64,000 nucleotides of DNA from Veleropilina oligotropha (Eukaryota): positions 62,001 through 126,000 of the forward strand of contig JBEUKZ010000098.1 in the NCBI GenBank assembly GCA_048128005.1. Direction: 5' to 3'. A program made the translations under genes and the position numbers. Position 1 is the first letter of the stretch. Each line of letters starts with the position of its first letter. Below the pieces are notes generated by a model that worked only from the letters and a program-made list of their open reading frames with translations, searched no databases and was not told where the DNA came from. Positions 36,801-51,800 of the stretch are shown piece by piece.

Positions 36801-39800
36801 ACCAATCACAGTTGTGGGTTTTCACTGGCAGTCGTGATTTCTGCTACATAATGGACATGTTCTGGTAAGGACCTAAACGTTGTTAAAAACAGTTCATTAA
36901 GCATCGATACAAACATTTAAGTTTGCTTGTTATTTCAGTATATCAGCTTTACAGTGGCTGTGCAACGCAGATAAAAAGTTTCATAATCCTCCGAAAAGAC
37001 TTAATATATTCTTTACAACATTATATTCATCATTGGTAAGTTTCTTTTATTATTTTCATTCTGCATGTGTTTTCTTTGTGAAAACCGAAAAAGTTTTTCC
37101 CTTATAAAGTGTTTATCTGTGTTGCAATTCTTAAAGACTGAAGTATAAAATCTTGAGCATAAAATAACAAGAATTGAAAACAACAAAAACGGTTCTTGTG
37201 CCTTATTGTATTTGAGTCATTAGTGAACATGAAAATAGATGGAAATGAAGGAAATATCGTGTTTATAGCATAATTCACTTGTATTTAGACAATTCCTAAT
37301 TACTGCTAAGAGGCAACATCTGGTAGCAGACAGTGAGGAACTATCATGACTAGAAATGTTGGCTTACACGTGTGCATTGAATACTTAACGTTATCTTGGG
37401 GAGGCGAGTTTGATACATACGATTATCCTGTGAGCCTTGAAAATATCACATGAGACGCAGAAGCAAAATGACGCCCAGCAGACGACGTGTAATTTGGTAC
37501 GAAATTGTCGAGTGTGATGTATACAAGTATTTGTTCAAACTCCACGTGTCATCATTTTGACCAATCAGGCGTCGAGGATATCGCAATATGAAAATAAAAA
37601 ATTGATTTACTTTCAGGCGAGAGGAGCTAAGGCCATCTTTCAATTATATCCAGAAAATAGTGCACAGGTGAGATAGGTGTCTTAGCTCTATTCATCAGTG
37701 GTAATGTGCAAGTGAAAAGAGATATATATTCCACAAGATTTCCTAATAAATTTTGTATTATATTCTAGTATCACTTTAGTGCAACCTCCATCTTCAAGAC
37801 ACGCAACTTTATAACACATTTCAGATTTTAATTTGTTTAGGATGTAAAGGTAGCATTAACATTAAGTGCATTGTATGTCTCATAATTCTCATTAGACAAT
37901 TCTTACACTGATGTCATGCTATTTATATCAAGAAATCTGTGTTCTGTATGGATGCTTAATGTCACAATTGCAATACTGGTATTCCCTACATCGGTGTACA
38001 TTACCGGTATTCCCTACATCGGTGTACATTACCGGTATTCTCTACATCGGTGTACATTACCGGTATTCTCTACATCGGTGTACATTACTGGTATTCTCTA
38101 CATCGGTGTACAATACCGGTATTCCCTACATCGGTGTACAATACCGGTATTCTCTACATCGGTGTACAATACCGGTATTCTCTACATCGGTGTACAATAC
38201 CGGTATTCTCTACATCGGTGTACAATACCGGTATTCTCTACATCGGTGTACAATACCGGTATTCTCTACATCGGTGTACAATACCGGTATTCTCTACATC
38301 GGTGTACAATACTGGTATTCTCTACATCGGTGTACAATACTGGTATTCTCTACATCGGTGTACAATACCGGTATTCTCTACATCGGTGTACAATACCGGT
38401 ATTCTCTACATCGGTGTACAATACCGGTATATAGTTACAAACATACTTACGTCCTTACTCTTGCCATAATAGCATATTATCGCCCAAACCGGAAATGGTG
38501 AATATGTCCCATAATGCACCGTTATAAGCCAAAAAAGCACACGGTTACCTCCCCTGCTCCTACCCCCCACGTTCCCTAGCGAGACTTCGCCAAGTCTCGT
38601 GAGACTTCTGAACAATAGAAGTCACATGACATCAATTCAAAGTTTTCCGCTGTCGCGGAAAGACGTTGTTTTTGCTCCGCAAATATTTCGATATAGGCGC
38701 CCGATTTCACGTTAAATCAGGGCGCAGTTTCTACTTAATATAAGTAGTGGAATATAACAGTGTTGTGGATATGAAACACATGTGAATATAGAAGAGTGAT
38801 TCTCAAACTTCGGATCGTCGTCAAGGACGCCAAAGTTCTGGACATCAAAAGAAAACAGACATCGTCGTCAAGGACGCCAGTGGCCATTAAAGATGGCCGC
38901 TTAGAGGGAAAATTTTCGAGTGGTAGCTGAAATTTCTGGTCTGTATAATTATCTGATATTGTTTGAGACTGCAAACAGGTAACTCATTATATTGGATAAT
39001 TCCTTAACAACGCTATTTGCTGGTTATTTATTATATATATAAAAAATTTTCTAGCGTTGTTAAAAAGGCAGGATCTTTTGATATTAAGCTTGCGTTAATT
39101 TTCTGATATCCTGCCGTTGCTGGGATAATACGCCATTGTACTAACTTAAAACATCCACGAGGTTTTCAGGTGTTTTTCTGGGCGGGTTTTTTCGAGGAAA
39201 GAACCCCCCTTTGTTTTAGTCAATTTGCCGGGTTACCGGGTCGGTCGGGTAAAATACCCGACCTCGGTGTTCCCAGTTCGGGGTTCTAATAACGGTATAT
39301 CGCTTGATCTCTAATCTTCAGATCAGGACAATTCTGTGAGTTGTCGTAGTACTCCCTCCAAGGAAAGAAGTCTCAACTACCATATATATACCTATTTATC
39401 TACCCCGTCTACCCACGTCCACCCTCCCGTGTATTTAGCTATGGTCCGGTGCAGTAGCTCCGGGTGTAACCAGAAAATTCACGCATTTGATAGGCACAAG
39501 GAATGTTGTAAACACCGTAGCTGTAGTATACATCATCAATGTGATCTGTGCTTTCTTCTATCAGATAAGCAGTGGGCAACCCTGTCTCACCACGGTAAGT
39601 CGACCAGGGCGACTGCCACGGTGGGTCCTCCCGTGGAGAAGGGTCATGAAGAGACCGGTAAGTTACCTAACGTTTCTTCTTTGTCTGCTTCAGGGACGCT
39701 GGACGACAGCCGACAGACGTCTGTCGCCGGATCCACCGGCGAAACCTCCGCGACTCTTGGGAGAGTCACCGAAACCTTGCCGGTACCCCAGATTCAGGTA

Positions 39801-42800
39801 AAGACCCGAGTGTCGACCGTTCCTCCACAACTGGGCCTAGTAACTGCAGTCAGCCATACCTTGCCGGCTAGCAAGGTATACATGACAGCGCAGCGAACAG
39901 CTGAACAGGGCAGACTATCCCCATCCTTTTCTTCGGCCTCGAAGAATAAGGGGACAGTTAGTCCTTCTGCGGGAAACTCACCGTCTTCCTACGGTGACAG
40001 ACCCAATGCAGAGAAAGCCTTTAAAGAGGCCGGGCACCTACTTGTAGGTCTAAGACTCGGACAATCGGCGAAACCTGAATCCTCGGTCGAGAACGATGCG
40101 ACTTCCCCTAGGGGTTTTCCGCTCAACCTCGAAGCTCACGAGACATTCAGAGGGCCCGGTCTCTCCCGTGCACCCACCGTGGTCACGCTAGAGAACGTGG
40201 ACAGACCGGCTGCGTTCGGGACGGGGTTCTACGGCGGTTTTCCGTCCGTGCCTCGCTCGAACAGAGTGGTAGACCGATCAGAACTGTTGCCGCAGTCCTA
40301 TCGGTCGTCCGGCCCACTGACTGCGCCTCCGGGCCAGTCCTTCGGGTTCGACCCCTCGACAAGTGCCCGTGGACCCTGGTCCTCGGTTCGACCTGTCAAT
40401 GCAGCCCGTCTACCTAGCGCCACGGTTACCTCGACAGAACTACCGGCTGTTAGTTCGTCGCCCGTCCTGCCTCCGGGTTTCTCTTTTGAGAACGTCCAGG
40501 CATGGATCGCGGCGGGGATCGAGGAACGGTGTAAGGCCTGGCCGACGGCTCCCGAGCCGCACCTGGTACCTACACTTCTGCCCATGGCGCAGAGCACGGC
40601 TCCTGCCTCAGTGATAGACATCGACCCTCGTTCCGACGAGGATCTCTGTTCAAATCACTCCGACCTCCCTGAATCGGTCGGGTCCGAAGACATTAGTCTT
40701 ACAGGCACGCAGGAGCCGACCTCCTCCACCCGCCGAAGGCTCGACGCTGTTGCGTCACTTCGCGGGGTGCTTGGCTTGTCGGAACCGACTCGGTCGGCTG
40801 TAGACGTAGCCAGGCATAGGACGGCAGCACATCGGTTTGTTGCGAGGGAAGCCCCCGAGCTCCCCTCCTTACCTCAGTCCGGGCTGGTGGATCTTGTTGT
40901 AGACTCGATCACCAAGCTCGTTCAGGGGCGCAATCCGGTGGAGTCCTCCCCGCTGAACGAGTTCCCTTCGGGGTTCCGTAGTGGGAGGTACCTCCGGGCC
41001 AGTACTCGAGCGATCCCGTTCGAATGCACTGGCCCGTGCCTGGCGACTGAGCCGGCTCGTGTTGACGCTTCGTTGCGTCGACTGACCGCCAGTCACCCTC
41101 CCTCCGTAGCGAAAGTTCCTTGGTCCGCCTTGGAAGCTTTCGAGAGCTCCGCCCGACGGGCTCTGCGGCTATCGTCCGTTCAGGATTTTTTCCTAGACGG
41201 TGCGATAGCCGTATTACAGGAGAATGGACCCGGCGCCACCGAGGCTGCCCTGTCCTTCCTCCAGGAGGTTGCTGCCACGCAGGAGACCAGCGCGTTGGAG
41301 ACGGGACGTGTCCTGGGCAATGCCCTCCTACTTCGTAGGGATGCTTGCCTGGAAGGTACCTCGCTGGACGAGCCCACCCGGCGCTCGTTGCGATGCGTAC
41401 CTTGCTCGGCCACCACTCTCTTTGGTGACAACTTCACGGAGTTTGTTGACAAGAGAGCGGCGGACATTAAGGACCGTGCCATCGAGAAGGCAGTACTGCT
41501 CCCCACCCGGGGTCCACCTGCCAACTCGAAGAAGCGCTCCGGGCCCACCCCGGCCCCGAAGCCTTCTAAGCGTGCGAAGCCCTCTTCGGGTGGTAGGCCT
41601 CCGGCCAATAAACCCACTCCAAAGAGGCGAGCACCTCCAGCAAAATCCCGCAAGCAGAGCGGGATAGGGAAGCCTCGGCCCTAGGGCTGCCGGCATTCGC
41701 GACGGCCCCAGTTGCCCGCTCCCGCCGGTGGGAGCGTGCCTGTTAGCACACAGCCAGCCCTGGCTAGAGCTGACAGACAGCAACTGGGTCCACTTAGTCG
41801 TGAGTGCCGGATACAAGTTGGCATTCAACCGGCATCCGACCCTAACCGAGGCACCACCAACAAGACACGCTCGCCTCCTAAACGGAGAGAAACAAGCGGT
41901 CTTAGACCAGGCAGTGCGGGATTTGCTCCTAAAAAGAGCGATATATCCCGCGCCGCCCAGCACACCAGGATTTTACAGCCATTTCTTCCTGGTCCCGAAA
42001 CCCGATGGCCGCTGGAGACCGATCCTCGATCTCTCGTACCTAAACCTATATCTTCGTACCGAGAAATTCCAGCAAGAAACCCTCTCGAAGATTCGAGCGG
42101 CCATCCGTCCGGGCGACTGGGCAGCGTCTATCGATCTCGCCGACGCGTATCTGCATGTCCCGATGCATATCACGGCTCATCAGTACCTTCGGTTTATACA
42201 CGGGGAGACGATCTACCAATTCAGGTGCCTACCGTTCGGTCTATCGTCAGCCCCGTACGTCTTCACGAGAACAGTACAGGCCCTGGGGGCCTTCCTACAC
42301 TCTCTAGGGCACAGGGTACATATGTACCTCGACGACTGGCTGATCCTCGGGGCGTCCCGAGATCTGTGCCTCCGGTCTACGAGCTTTACCCTGTCATCGA
42401 CGAAGCGCCTGGGATTTCAGATCAACGAGACAAAATCCTGCTTCGTGCCCTCGACGACGTTTACGTTCCTCGGAGTCGACTTCGATACGGTCCGGTACAC
42501 CGCGAAGCCGACCCAGAAGCGTATGCGGAACCTACGCGCGGTTATCCAAGACACCCTGTCATCGGACATAACTACGGCGCGACAACTGGCCACTGTCCTG
42601 GGGCACATCGAGTCGGTAGCGCCCCTGCTACCGACGGGTCGCATGGACAAAAGACCGTTACAACAGGCTTTCAGGGATCGCTGGATACAACGGACGGGGC
42701 AGTGGAAGGATCGCATCGATCTACGGCATTGGTTTACCGACACGACAGCAGTGTGGTTGAACCCCGCTTTGCCGGACCAGTCGGTTCCTATATCCCCACC

Positions 42801-45800
42801 AGAGCCGAACGCTTACCTGTTCACAGACGCTTCGAACGACGGCTGGGGTGGTCACCTCGACAGTTACGAGACATCAGGCCTATGGCCGACAGACCTTCAG
42901 GGACGACATATCAACTTCCTAGAGTTAGAAGCCGTCTTCCTGTCAGTACGGTCCCTCTCGTCACATCTCCGCAACAAGCATATAATGCTCGCCACGGACA
43001 ACACGACTGTCGTCGCTTACATACAGCACCAGGGCGGTACACGCTCGCGTCCCCTATGCGACCGAGCAATAGACCTACACCGCTTAGTGATGTCCCTCAA
43101 CTCGACGATTCGAGCCCGACACATCCCGGGAAAGCTGAATGTCAGAGCGGATTCGCTCTCTCGGAGATCACAGATAATACACACAGAGTGGACGCTACAC
43201 AGCCGAGTAGCTCGGGATGTTTGCCGCCGGTGGTCGCAACCCCAAGTCGACTTGTTTGCAACAGAATTCAATTACCGACTACCTCTGTATGTCTCCCCGT
43301 ACCCAGACCCGGCCGCCCTGGCGGTCGACGCAATGTCAATGACATGGGAGAATCTGTCCGCGTATGCCTTCCCCCCGACGTGCATTCTATCACTGGTATT
43401 ACAGAAGGCAGCGACCGAACGTTGCGAGATAACGCTAATAGCGCCCCTTTATCGCACGCAACCTTGGTTTCCGACCCTCCTCGATCTGATCGTCGATCGA
43501 CCGTTAGCGTTACCGCAGAAACTAGACCTGTTAATGCAACCACGCACCCGTGTACTCCACGAGTCGCCGAACCACTTACGTTTACACGCCTGGCGGTTAT
43601 CGAACGATCCCTTGCTAAGAAAGGATTTTCTAAAGCTACAGCCTTACGTATCTATCGATCGAGAAGGATTTCCACTACAAAAGTCTATGACTACCGATGG
43701 GTTAAGTACGTGGATTGGTGTCACAGCAGGCAGATCAATATACTCCGTCCCCCTGTGAACAAGTTTATCGAGTTTTTATCGTCGCTCTTCGACCGCGGTA
43801 TGTCAGTGTCCGCCGTCAAAGGTTATCGGGCAACGATCGCGACCACGCTAAAGCAGTGTCGTGCCCATGCTGGCCTATCAAGCGACCGAACGATATCAGA
43901 TTTTATACGATCTTATGAACTCGAGATACCGACCCGAAGAATTAAGCCACCTGCCTGGAACATCGTACTTATTCTTAACGCATTACTCTTACCCCCGTAT
44001 GAGCCGATGTCCGAGATAACCATGAGGAACTTGACGCACAAAACAGTTTTTCTGATCGCCTTAGCGTCGGGCAGGCGTTGTTCCGAGATTCATGCTTTCT
44101 CCTCCGAGCTAAGAGACATACGATTCCAGTCAGACGGGTCGGTGATATTGCGTCCCATTCTGGGCTTCTTAGCCAAGAACCAGCGGCCGAACGAGGACGC
44201 ACCCGAGGTTGTTATTCCCAAGCTAACGCTAGTCGGAAGGCGCGACGCAGACCGCTTCAATTGCCCGGTCCGGGCGCTTCGATTCTACCTAGACAGAACC
44301 CGTGAGTTGCGACAGGGAAAATTACGTTTATTCATTTCGTATTTGCCCACCTACACCCGCGACATTACGAGGACTACTGTTTCGCGGTGGATTTCACAAA
44401 CTGTGAGAGATGTTTACATCCGTTGTGATGACGACGACCGAACTATATATAGTTACAAACATACTTACGTCCTTACTCTTGCCATAATAGCATATTATCG
44501 CCCAAACCGGAAATGGTGAATATGTCCCATAATGCACCGTTATAAGCCAAAAAAGCACACGGTTACCTCCCCTGCTCCTACCCCCCACGTTCCCTAGCGA
44601 GACTTCGCCAAGTCTCGTGAGACTTCTGAACAATAGAAGTCACATGACATCAATTCAAAGTTTTCCGCTGTCGCGGAAAGACGTTGTTTTTGCTCCGCAA
44701 ATATTTCGATATAGGCGCCCGATTTCACGTTAAATCAGGGCGCAGTTTCTACTTAATATAAGTAGTGGAATATAACAGTGTTGTGGATATGAAACACATG
44801 TGAATATAGAAGAGTGATTCTCAAACTTCGGATCGTCGTCAAGGACGCCAAAGTTGTGGACATCAAAAGAAAACAGACATCGTCGTCAAGGACGCCAGTG
44901 GCCATTAAAGATGGCCGCTTAGAGGGAAAATTTTCGAGTGGTAGCTGAAATTTCTGGTCTGTATAATTATCTGATATTGTTTGAGACTGCAAACAGGTAA
45001 CTCATTATATTGGATAATTCCTTAACAACGCTATTTGCTGGTTATTTATTATATATATAAAAATTTCTAGCGTTGTTAAAAAGGCAGGATCTTTTGATAT
45101 TAAGCTTGCGTTAATTTTCTGATATCCTGCCGTTGCTGGGATAATACGCCATTGTACTAACTTAAAACATCCACGAGGTTTTCAGGTGTTTTTCTGGGCG
45201 GGTTTTTTCGAGGAAAGAACCCCCCTTTGTTTTAGTCAATTTGCCGGGTTACCGGGTCGGTCGGGTAAAATACCCGACCTCGGTGTTCCCAGTTCGGGGT
45301 TCTAATAACGGTATATCGCTTGATCTCTAATCTTCAGATCAGGACAATTCTGTGAGTTGTCGTAGTACTCCCTCCAAGGAAAGAAGTCTCAACTACCATA
45401 TATATACCTATTTATCTACTCCGTCTACCCACGTCCACCCTCCCGTGTATTTAGCTATGGTCCGGTGCAGTAGCTCCGGGTGTAACCAGAAAATTCACGC
45501 ATTTGATAGACACAAGGAATGTTGTAAACACCGTAGCTGTAGTATACATCATCAATGTGATCTGTGCTTTCTTCTATCAGATAAGCAGTGGGCAACCCTG
45601 TCTCACCACGGTAAGTCGACCAGGGCGACTGCCACGGTGGGTCCTCCCCCGGAGAAGGGTCAGGAAGAGACCGGTAAGTTACCTAACGTTTCTTATTTGT
45701 CTACTTCAGGGACGCTGGACGACAGCCGACAAAAGGGGACGTCTGTCGCCGCATCCACCGGCGAAACCTCCGCGACTCTTGGGAGAGTCACCGAAACCTG

Positions 45801-48800
45801 GCCGGTACCCCAGATTCAGGTAAAGACCCGAGTGTCGACCGTTCCTCCACAACTGGGCCTAGTAACTGCAGTCAGCCATACCTTGCCGGCTAGCAAGGTA
45901 TACATGACAGCGCAGCGAACAGCTGAACAGGGCAGACCATCCCCATCCTTTTCTTCGGCCTCGAAGAATAAGGGGACAGTTAGTCCTTCTGCGGGAAACT
46001 CACCGTCTTCCTACGGTGACAGACCCAATGCAGAGAAAGCCTTTAAAGAGGCCGGGCACCTACTTGTAGGTCTAAGACTCGGACAATCGGCGAAACCTGA
46101 ATCCTCGGTCGAGAACGATGCGACTTCCCCTAGGGGTTTTCCGCTCAACCTCGAAGCTCACGAGACATTCAGAGGGCCCGGTCTCTCCCGTGCACCCACC
46201 GTGGTCACGCTAGAGAACGTGGACAGACCGGCTGCGTTCGGGACGGGGTTCTACGGCGGTTTTCCGTCCGTGCCTCGCTCGAACAGAGTGGTAGACCGAT
46301 CAGAACTGTTGCCGCAGTCCTATCGGTCGTCCGGCCCACTGACTGCGCCTCCGGGCCAGTCCTTCGGGTTCGACCCCTCGACAAGTGCCCGTGGACCCTG
46401 GTCCTCGGTTCGACCTGTCAATGCAGCCCGTCTACCTAGCGCCACGGTTACCTCGACAGAACTACCGGCTGTTAGTTCGTCGCCCGTCCTGCCTCCGGGT
46501 TTCTCTTTTGAGAACGTCCAGGCATGGATCGCGGCGGGGATCGAGGAACGGTGTAAGGCCTGGCCGACGGCTCCCGAGCCGCACCTGGTACCTACACTTC
46601 TGCCCATGGCGCAGAGCACGGCTCCTGCCTCAGTGATAGACATCGACCCTCGTTCCGACGAGGATCTCTGTTCAAATCACTCCGACCTCCCTGAATCGGT
46701 CGGGTCCGAAGACATTAGTCTTACAGGCACGCAGGAGCCGACCTCCTCCACCCGCCGAAGGCTCGACGCTGTTGCGTCACTTCGCGGGGTGCTTGGCTTG
46801 TCGGAACCGACTCGGTCGGCTGTAGACGTAGCCAAGCATAGGACGGCAGCACATCGGTTTGTTGCGAGGGAAGCCCCCGAGCTCCCCTCCTTACCTCAGT
46901 CCGGGCTGGTGGATCTTGTTGTAGACTCGATCACCAAGCTCGTTCAGGGGCGCAATCCGGTGGAGTCCTCCCCGCTGAACGAGTTCCCTTCGGGGTTCCG
47001 TAGTGGGAGGTACCTCCGGGCCAGTACTCGAGCGATCCCGTTCGAATGCACTGGCCCGTGCCTGGCGACTGAGCCGGCTCGTGTTGACGCTTCGTTGCGT
47101 CGACTGACCGCCAGTCACCCTCCCTCCGTAGCGAAAGTTCCTTGGTCCGCCTTGGAAGCTTTCGAGAGCTCCGCCCGACGGGCTCTGCGGCTATCGTCCG
47201 TTCAGGATTTTTTCCTAGACGGGGCGATAGCCGTATTACAGGAGAATGGACCCGGCGCCACCGAGGCTGCCCTGTCCTTCCTCCAGGAGGTTGCTGCCAC
47301 GCAGGAGACCAGCGCGTTGGAGACGGGACGTGTCCTGGGCAATGCCCTCCTACTTCGTAGGGATGCTTGCCTGGAAGGTACCTCGCTGGACGAGCCCACC
47401 CGGCGCTCGTTGCGATGCGTACCTTGCTCGGCCACCACTCTCTTTGGTGACAACTTCACGGAGTTTGTTGACAAGAGAGCGGCGGACATTAAGGACCGTG
47501 CCATCGAGAAGGCAGTACTGCTCCCCACCCGGGGTCCACCTGCCAACTCGAAGAAGCGCTCCGGGCCCACCCCGGCCCCGAAGCCTTCTAAGCGTGCGAA
47601 GCCCTCTTCGGGTGGTAGGCCTCCGGCCAATAAACCCACTCCAAAGAGGCGAGCACCTCCAGCAAAATCCCGCAAGCAGAGCGGGATAGGGAAGCCTCGG
47701 CCCTAGGGCTGCCGGCATTCGCGACGGCCCCAGTTGCCCGCTCCCGCCGGTGGGAGCGTGCCTGTTAGCACACAGCCAGCCCTGGCTAGAGCTGACAGAC
47801 AGCAACTGGGTCCACTTAGTCGTGAGTGCCGGATACAAGTTGGCATTCAACCGGCATCCGACCCTAACCGAGGCACCACCAACAAGACACGCTCGCCTCC
47901 TAAACGGAGAGAAACAAGCGGTCTTAGACCAGGCAGTGCGGGATTTGCTCCTAAAAAGAGCGATATATCCCGCGCCGCCCAGCACACCAGGATTTTACAG
48001 CCATTTCTTCCTGGTCCCGAAACCCGATGGCCGCTGGAGACCGATCCTCGATCTCTCGTACTTAAACCTATATCTTCGTACCGAGAAATTCCAGCAAGAA
48101 ACCCTCTCGAAGATTCGAGCGGCCATCCGTCCGGGCGACTGGGCAGCGTCTATCGATCTCGCCGACGCGTATCTGCATGTCCCGATGCATATCACGGCTC
48201 ATCAGTACCTTCGGTTTATACACGGGGAGACGATCTACCAATTCAGGTGCCTACCGTTCGGTCTATCGTCAGCCCCGTACGTCTTCACGAGAACAGTACA
48301 GGCCCTGGGGGCCTTCCTACACTCTCTAGGGCACAGGGTACATATGTACCTCGACGACTGGCTGATCCTCGGGGCGTCCCGAGATCTGTGCCTCCGGTCT
48401 ACGAGCTTTACCCTGTCATCGACGAAGCGCCTGGGATTTCAGATCAACGAGACAAAATCCTGCTTCGTGCCCTCGACGACGTTTACGTTCCTCGGAGTCG
48501 ACTTCGATACGGTCCGGTACACCGCGAAGCCGACCCAGAAGCGTATGCGGAACCTACGCGCGGTTATCCAAGACACCCTGTCATCGGACATAACTACGGC
48601 GCGACAACTGGCCACTGTCCTGGGGCACATCGAGTCGGTAGCGCCCCTGCTACCGACGGGTCGCATGGACAAAAGACCGTTACAACAGGCTTTCAGGGAT
48701 CGCTGGATACAACGGACGGGGCAGTGGAAGGATCGCATCGATCTACGGCATTGGTTTACCGACACGACAGCAGTGTGGTTGAACCCCGCTTTGCCGGACC

Positions 48801-51800
48801 AGTCGGTTCCTATATCCCCACCAGAGCCGAACGCTTACCTGTTCACAGACGCTTCGAACGACGGCTGGGGTGGTCACCTCGACAGTTACGAGACATCAGG
48901 CCTATGGCCGACAGACCTTCAGGGACGACATATCAACTTCCTAGAGTTAGAAGCCGTCTACCTGTCAGTACGGTCCCTCTCGTCACATCTCCGCAACAAG
49001 CATATAATGCTCGCCACGGACAACACGACTGTCGTCGCTTACATACAGCACCAGGGCGGTACACGCTCGCGTCCCCTATGCGACCGAGCAATAGACCTAC
49101 ACCGCTTAGTGATGTCCCTCAACTCGACGATTCGAGCCCGACACATCCCGGGAAAGCTGAATGTCAGAGCGGATTCGCTCTCTCGGAGATCACAGATAAT
49201 ACACACAGAGTGGACGCTACACAGCCGAGTAGCTCGGGATGTTTGCCGCCGGTGGTCGCAACCCCAAGTCGACTTGTTTGCAACAGAATTCAATTACCGA
49301 CTACCTCTGTATGTCTCCCCGTACCCAGACCCGGCCGCCCTGGCGGTCGACGCAATGTCAATGACATGGGAGAATCTGTCCGCGTATGCCTTCCCCCCGA
49401 CGTGCATTCTATCACTGGTATTACAGAAGGCAGCGACCGAACGTTGCGAGATAACGCTAATAGCGCCCCTTTATCGCACGCAACCTTGGTTTCCGACCCT
49501 CCTCGATCTGATCGTCGATCGACCGTTAGCGTTACCGCAGAAACTAGACCTGTTAATGCAACCACGCACCCGTGTACTCCACGAGTCGCCGAACCACTTA
49601 CGTTTACACGCCTGGCGGTTATCGAACGATCCCTTGCTAAGAAAGGATTTTCTAAAGCTACAGCCTTACGTATCTATCGATCGAGAAGGATTTCCACTAC
49701 AAAAGTCTATGACTACCGATGGGTTAAGTACGTGGATTGGTGTCACAGCAGGCAGATCAATATACTCCGTCCCCCTGTGAACAAGTTTATCGAGTTTTTA
49801 TCGTCGCTCTTCGACCGCGGTATGTCAGTGTCCGCCGTCAAAGGCTATCGGGCAACGATCGCGACCACGCTAAAGCAGTGTCGTGCCCATGCTGGCCTAT
49901 CAAGCGACCGAACGATATCAGATTTTATACGATCTTATGAACTCGAGATACCGACCCGAAGAATTAAGCCACCTGCCTGGAATATCGTTCTTATTCTTAA
50001 CGCATTACTCTTACCCCCGTATGAGCCGATGTCCGAGATAACCATGAGGAACTTGACGCACAAAACAGTTTTTCTGATCGCCTTAGCGTCGGGCAGGCGT
50101 TGTTCCGAGATTCATGCTTTCTCCTCCGAGCTAAGAGATATACGATTCCAGTCAGACGGGTCAGTGATACTGCGTCCCATTCTGGGCTTCTTAGCCAAGA
50201 ACCAGCGGCCGAACGAGGACGCACCCGATGTTGTTATTCCCAAGCTAACGCTAGTCGGAAGGCGCGACGCAGACCGCTTCAATTGCCCGGTCCGGGCGCT
50301 TCGATTCTACCTAGACAGAACCCGTGAGTTGCGACAGGGAAAATTACGTTTATTCATATCGTATTTGTCCACCTACACCCGCGACATTACGAGGACTACT
50401 GTTTCGCGGTGGATTTCACAAACTGTGAGAGATGTTTACATCCGTTGTGATGACGACGACCGAACTATTTTATCGGTCCGCGCACATGAGGTCCGGGCCA
50501 TTGCAGCGTCTGTAGCCTTCCGCCATAATCTAAATATCAATGCGTTACTACAGGCCGGATATTGGAAAAACGCTAACGTGTTTGTCAAACATTATCTGCG
50601 CGACTACTCAACCGGGGCTGATGGCCTAAGCAGTTTGCACTGTGTTGCTGCACAACGGGTCATTGTTAGACCGAGGTCTTCTAATCAGTAAGTAGCCTAT
50701 TGTTCTCTGATTGATCATTTGCATATTTACTGACGCCATTTTATTTTCGTTGGCCAAACGGTGCTATGTAATTAACACCTATGGGGCAGTTCAATGTCTG
50801 TTCATTTCTTAAATCTAATTTAAGATTTTGTACTTCTCATGTCAGACTGAGTGTTGACATAAGCCAGATCACATTGAATTTAATAAAACAACTTTGATAA
50901 TTTTGCACAAATCTTAAAAAGATTAGGGTTCAATATTATTATGTTCTTTGCTGTAATCGAACATACGATGTTCAATACATTTAAAATGTTGATTCCTTAA
51001 CATTTATTTTTAAGTAACATGTCGAACATTTTTGCTTCCTTAAAATTTATTTTAAGTGACATGTCGTCCATGTTAGCGTTCGCAAGTTGGTCATGCGAAC
51101 TACTTATTAATATCGATTATTATATAATCTATTAATTCTTTGCTTTTGATTTTAAAGCTTTCACAACCTGTTAGGTTCCGTGTGCTTACAAATCCGACTG
51201 CATCCTCTGGCTACCGGCCTATAGGCCCGGAGTCCCATTTGGCTGCCACTGGTCCATGACACGTAAGACCTACAGGGATTTATCCTTCCGGCCGTGCCAG
51301 GGGCTGATTGCACTTCCGTTCACCTCGTCCGACTAACACCACGGCGTATCCTCCCGGTAACACTGGTCGAAATTCTCGCCTGGTAAGAGTAGAATATAAT
51401 ACTCAGTAAAAATTCCACTCTAGACGGACACACTCGACGCTTCATGCTGATCGAATTGGTGAAAAAGTAAGTCATTATCTTGTTTGGGTTTTTGTAAGGA
51501 ACGTCTTACCCACCTATCCAAGGTTATTCTGGCAAGAGTAAGGACGTAAGTATGTTTGTAACTATATATGAGGTTTTAATGTAAACCTAATATTAGTATA
51601 AAACATACTTACGTCCTTACACGATTACCCACCCTGCGTTTCGCATTCCTCCCCTCTACTACGTTCCTTTGTGGTTTTTGAACTTTGAATTGATGTCATG
51701 TGACTTCTATTGTTCAGAAGTCTCACGAGACTTGGCGAAGTCTCGCTAGGGAACGTGGGGGGTAGGAGCAGGGGAGGTAACCGTGTGCTTTTTTGGCTTA

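Noticed and set aside
37911..38501. 139-196 aa ORFs
   Set aside because: Translations of the 28-bp minisatellite running into the DIRS ITR.
39336..39440. 35-aa GTG-initiated extension of gag in copies B and C
   Set aside because: Closed by frameshift in copy A and lies upstream of an acceptor-like TTTAG; the ATG at 39441/45457 is the likely start.
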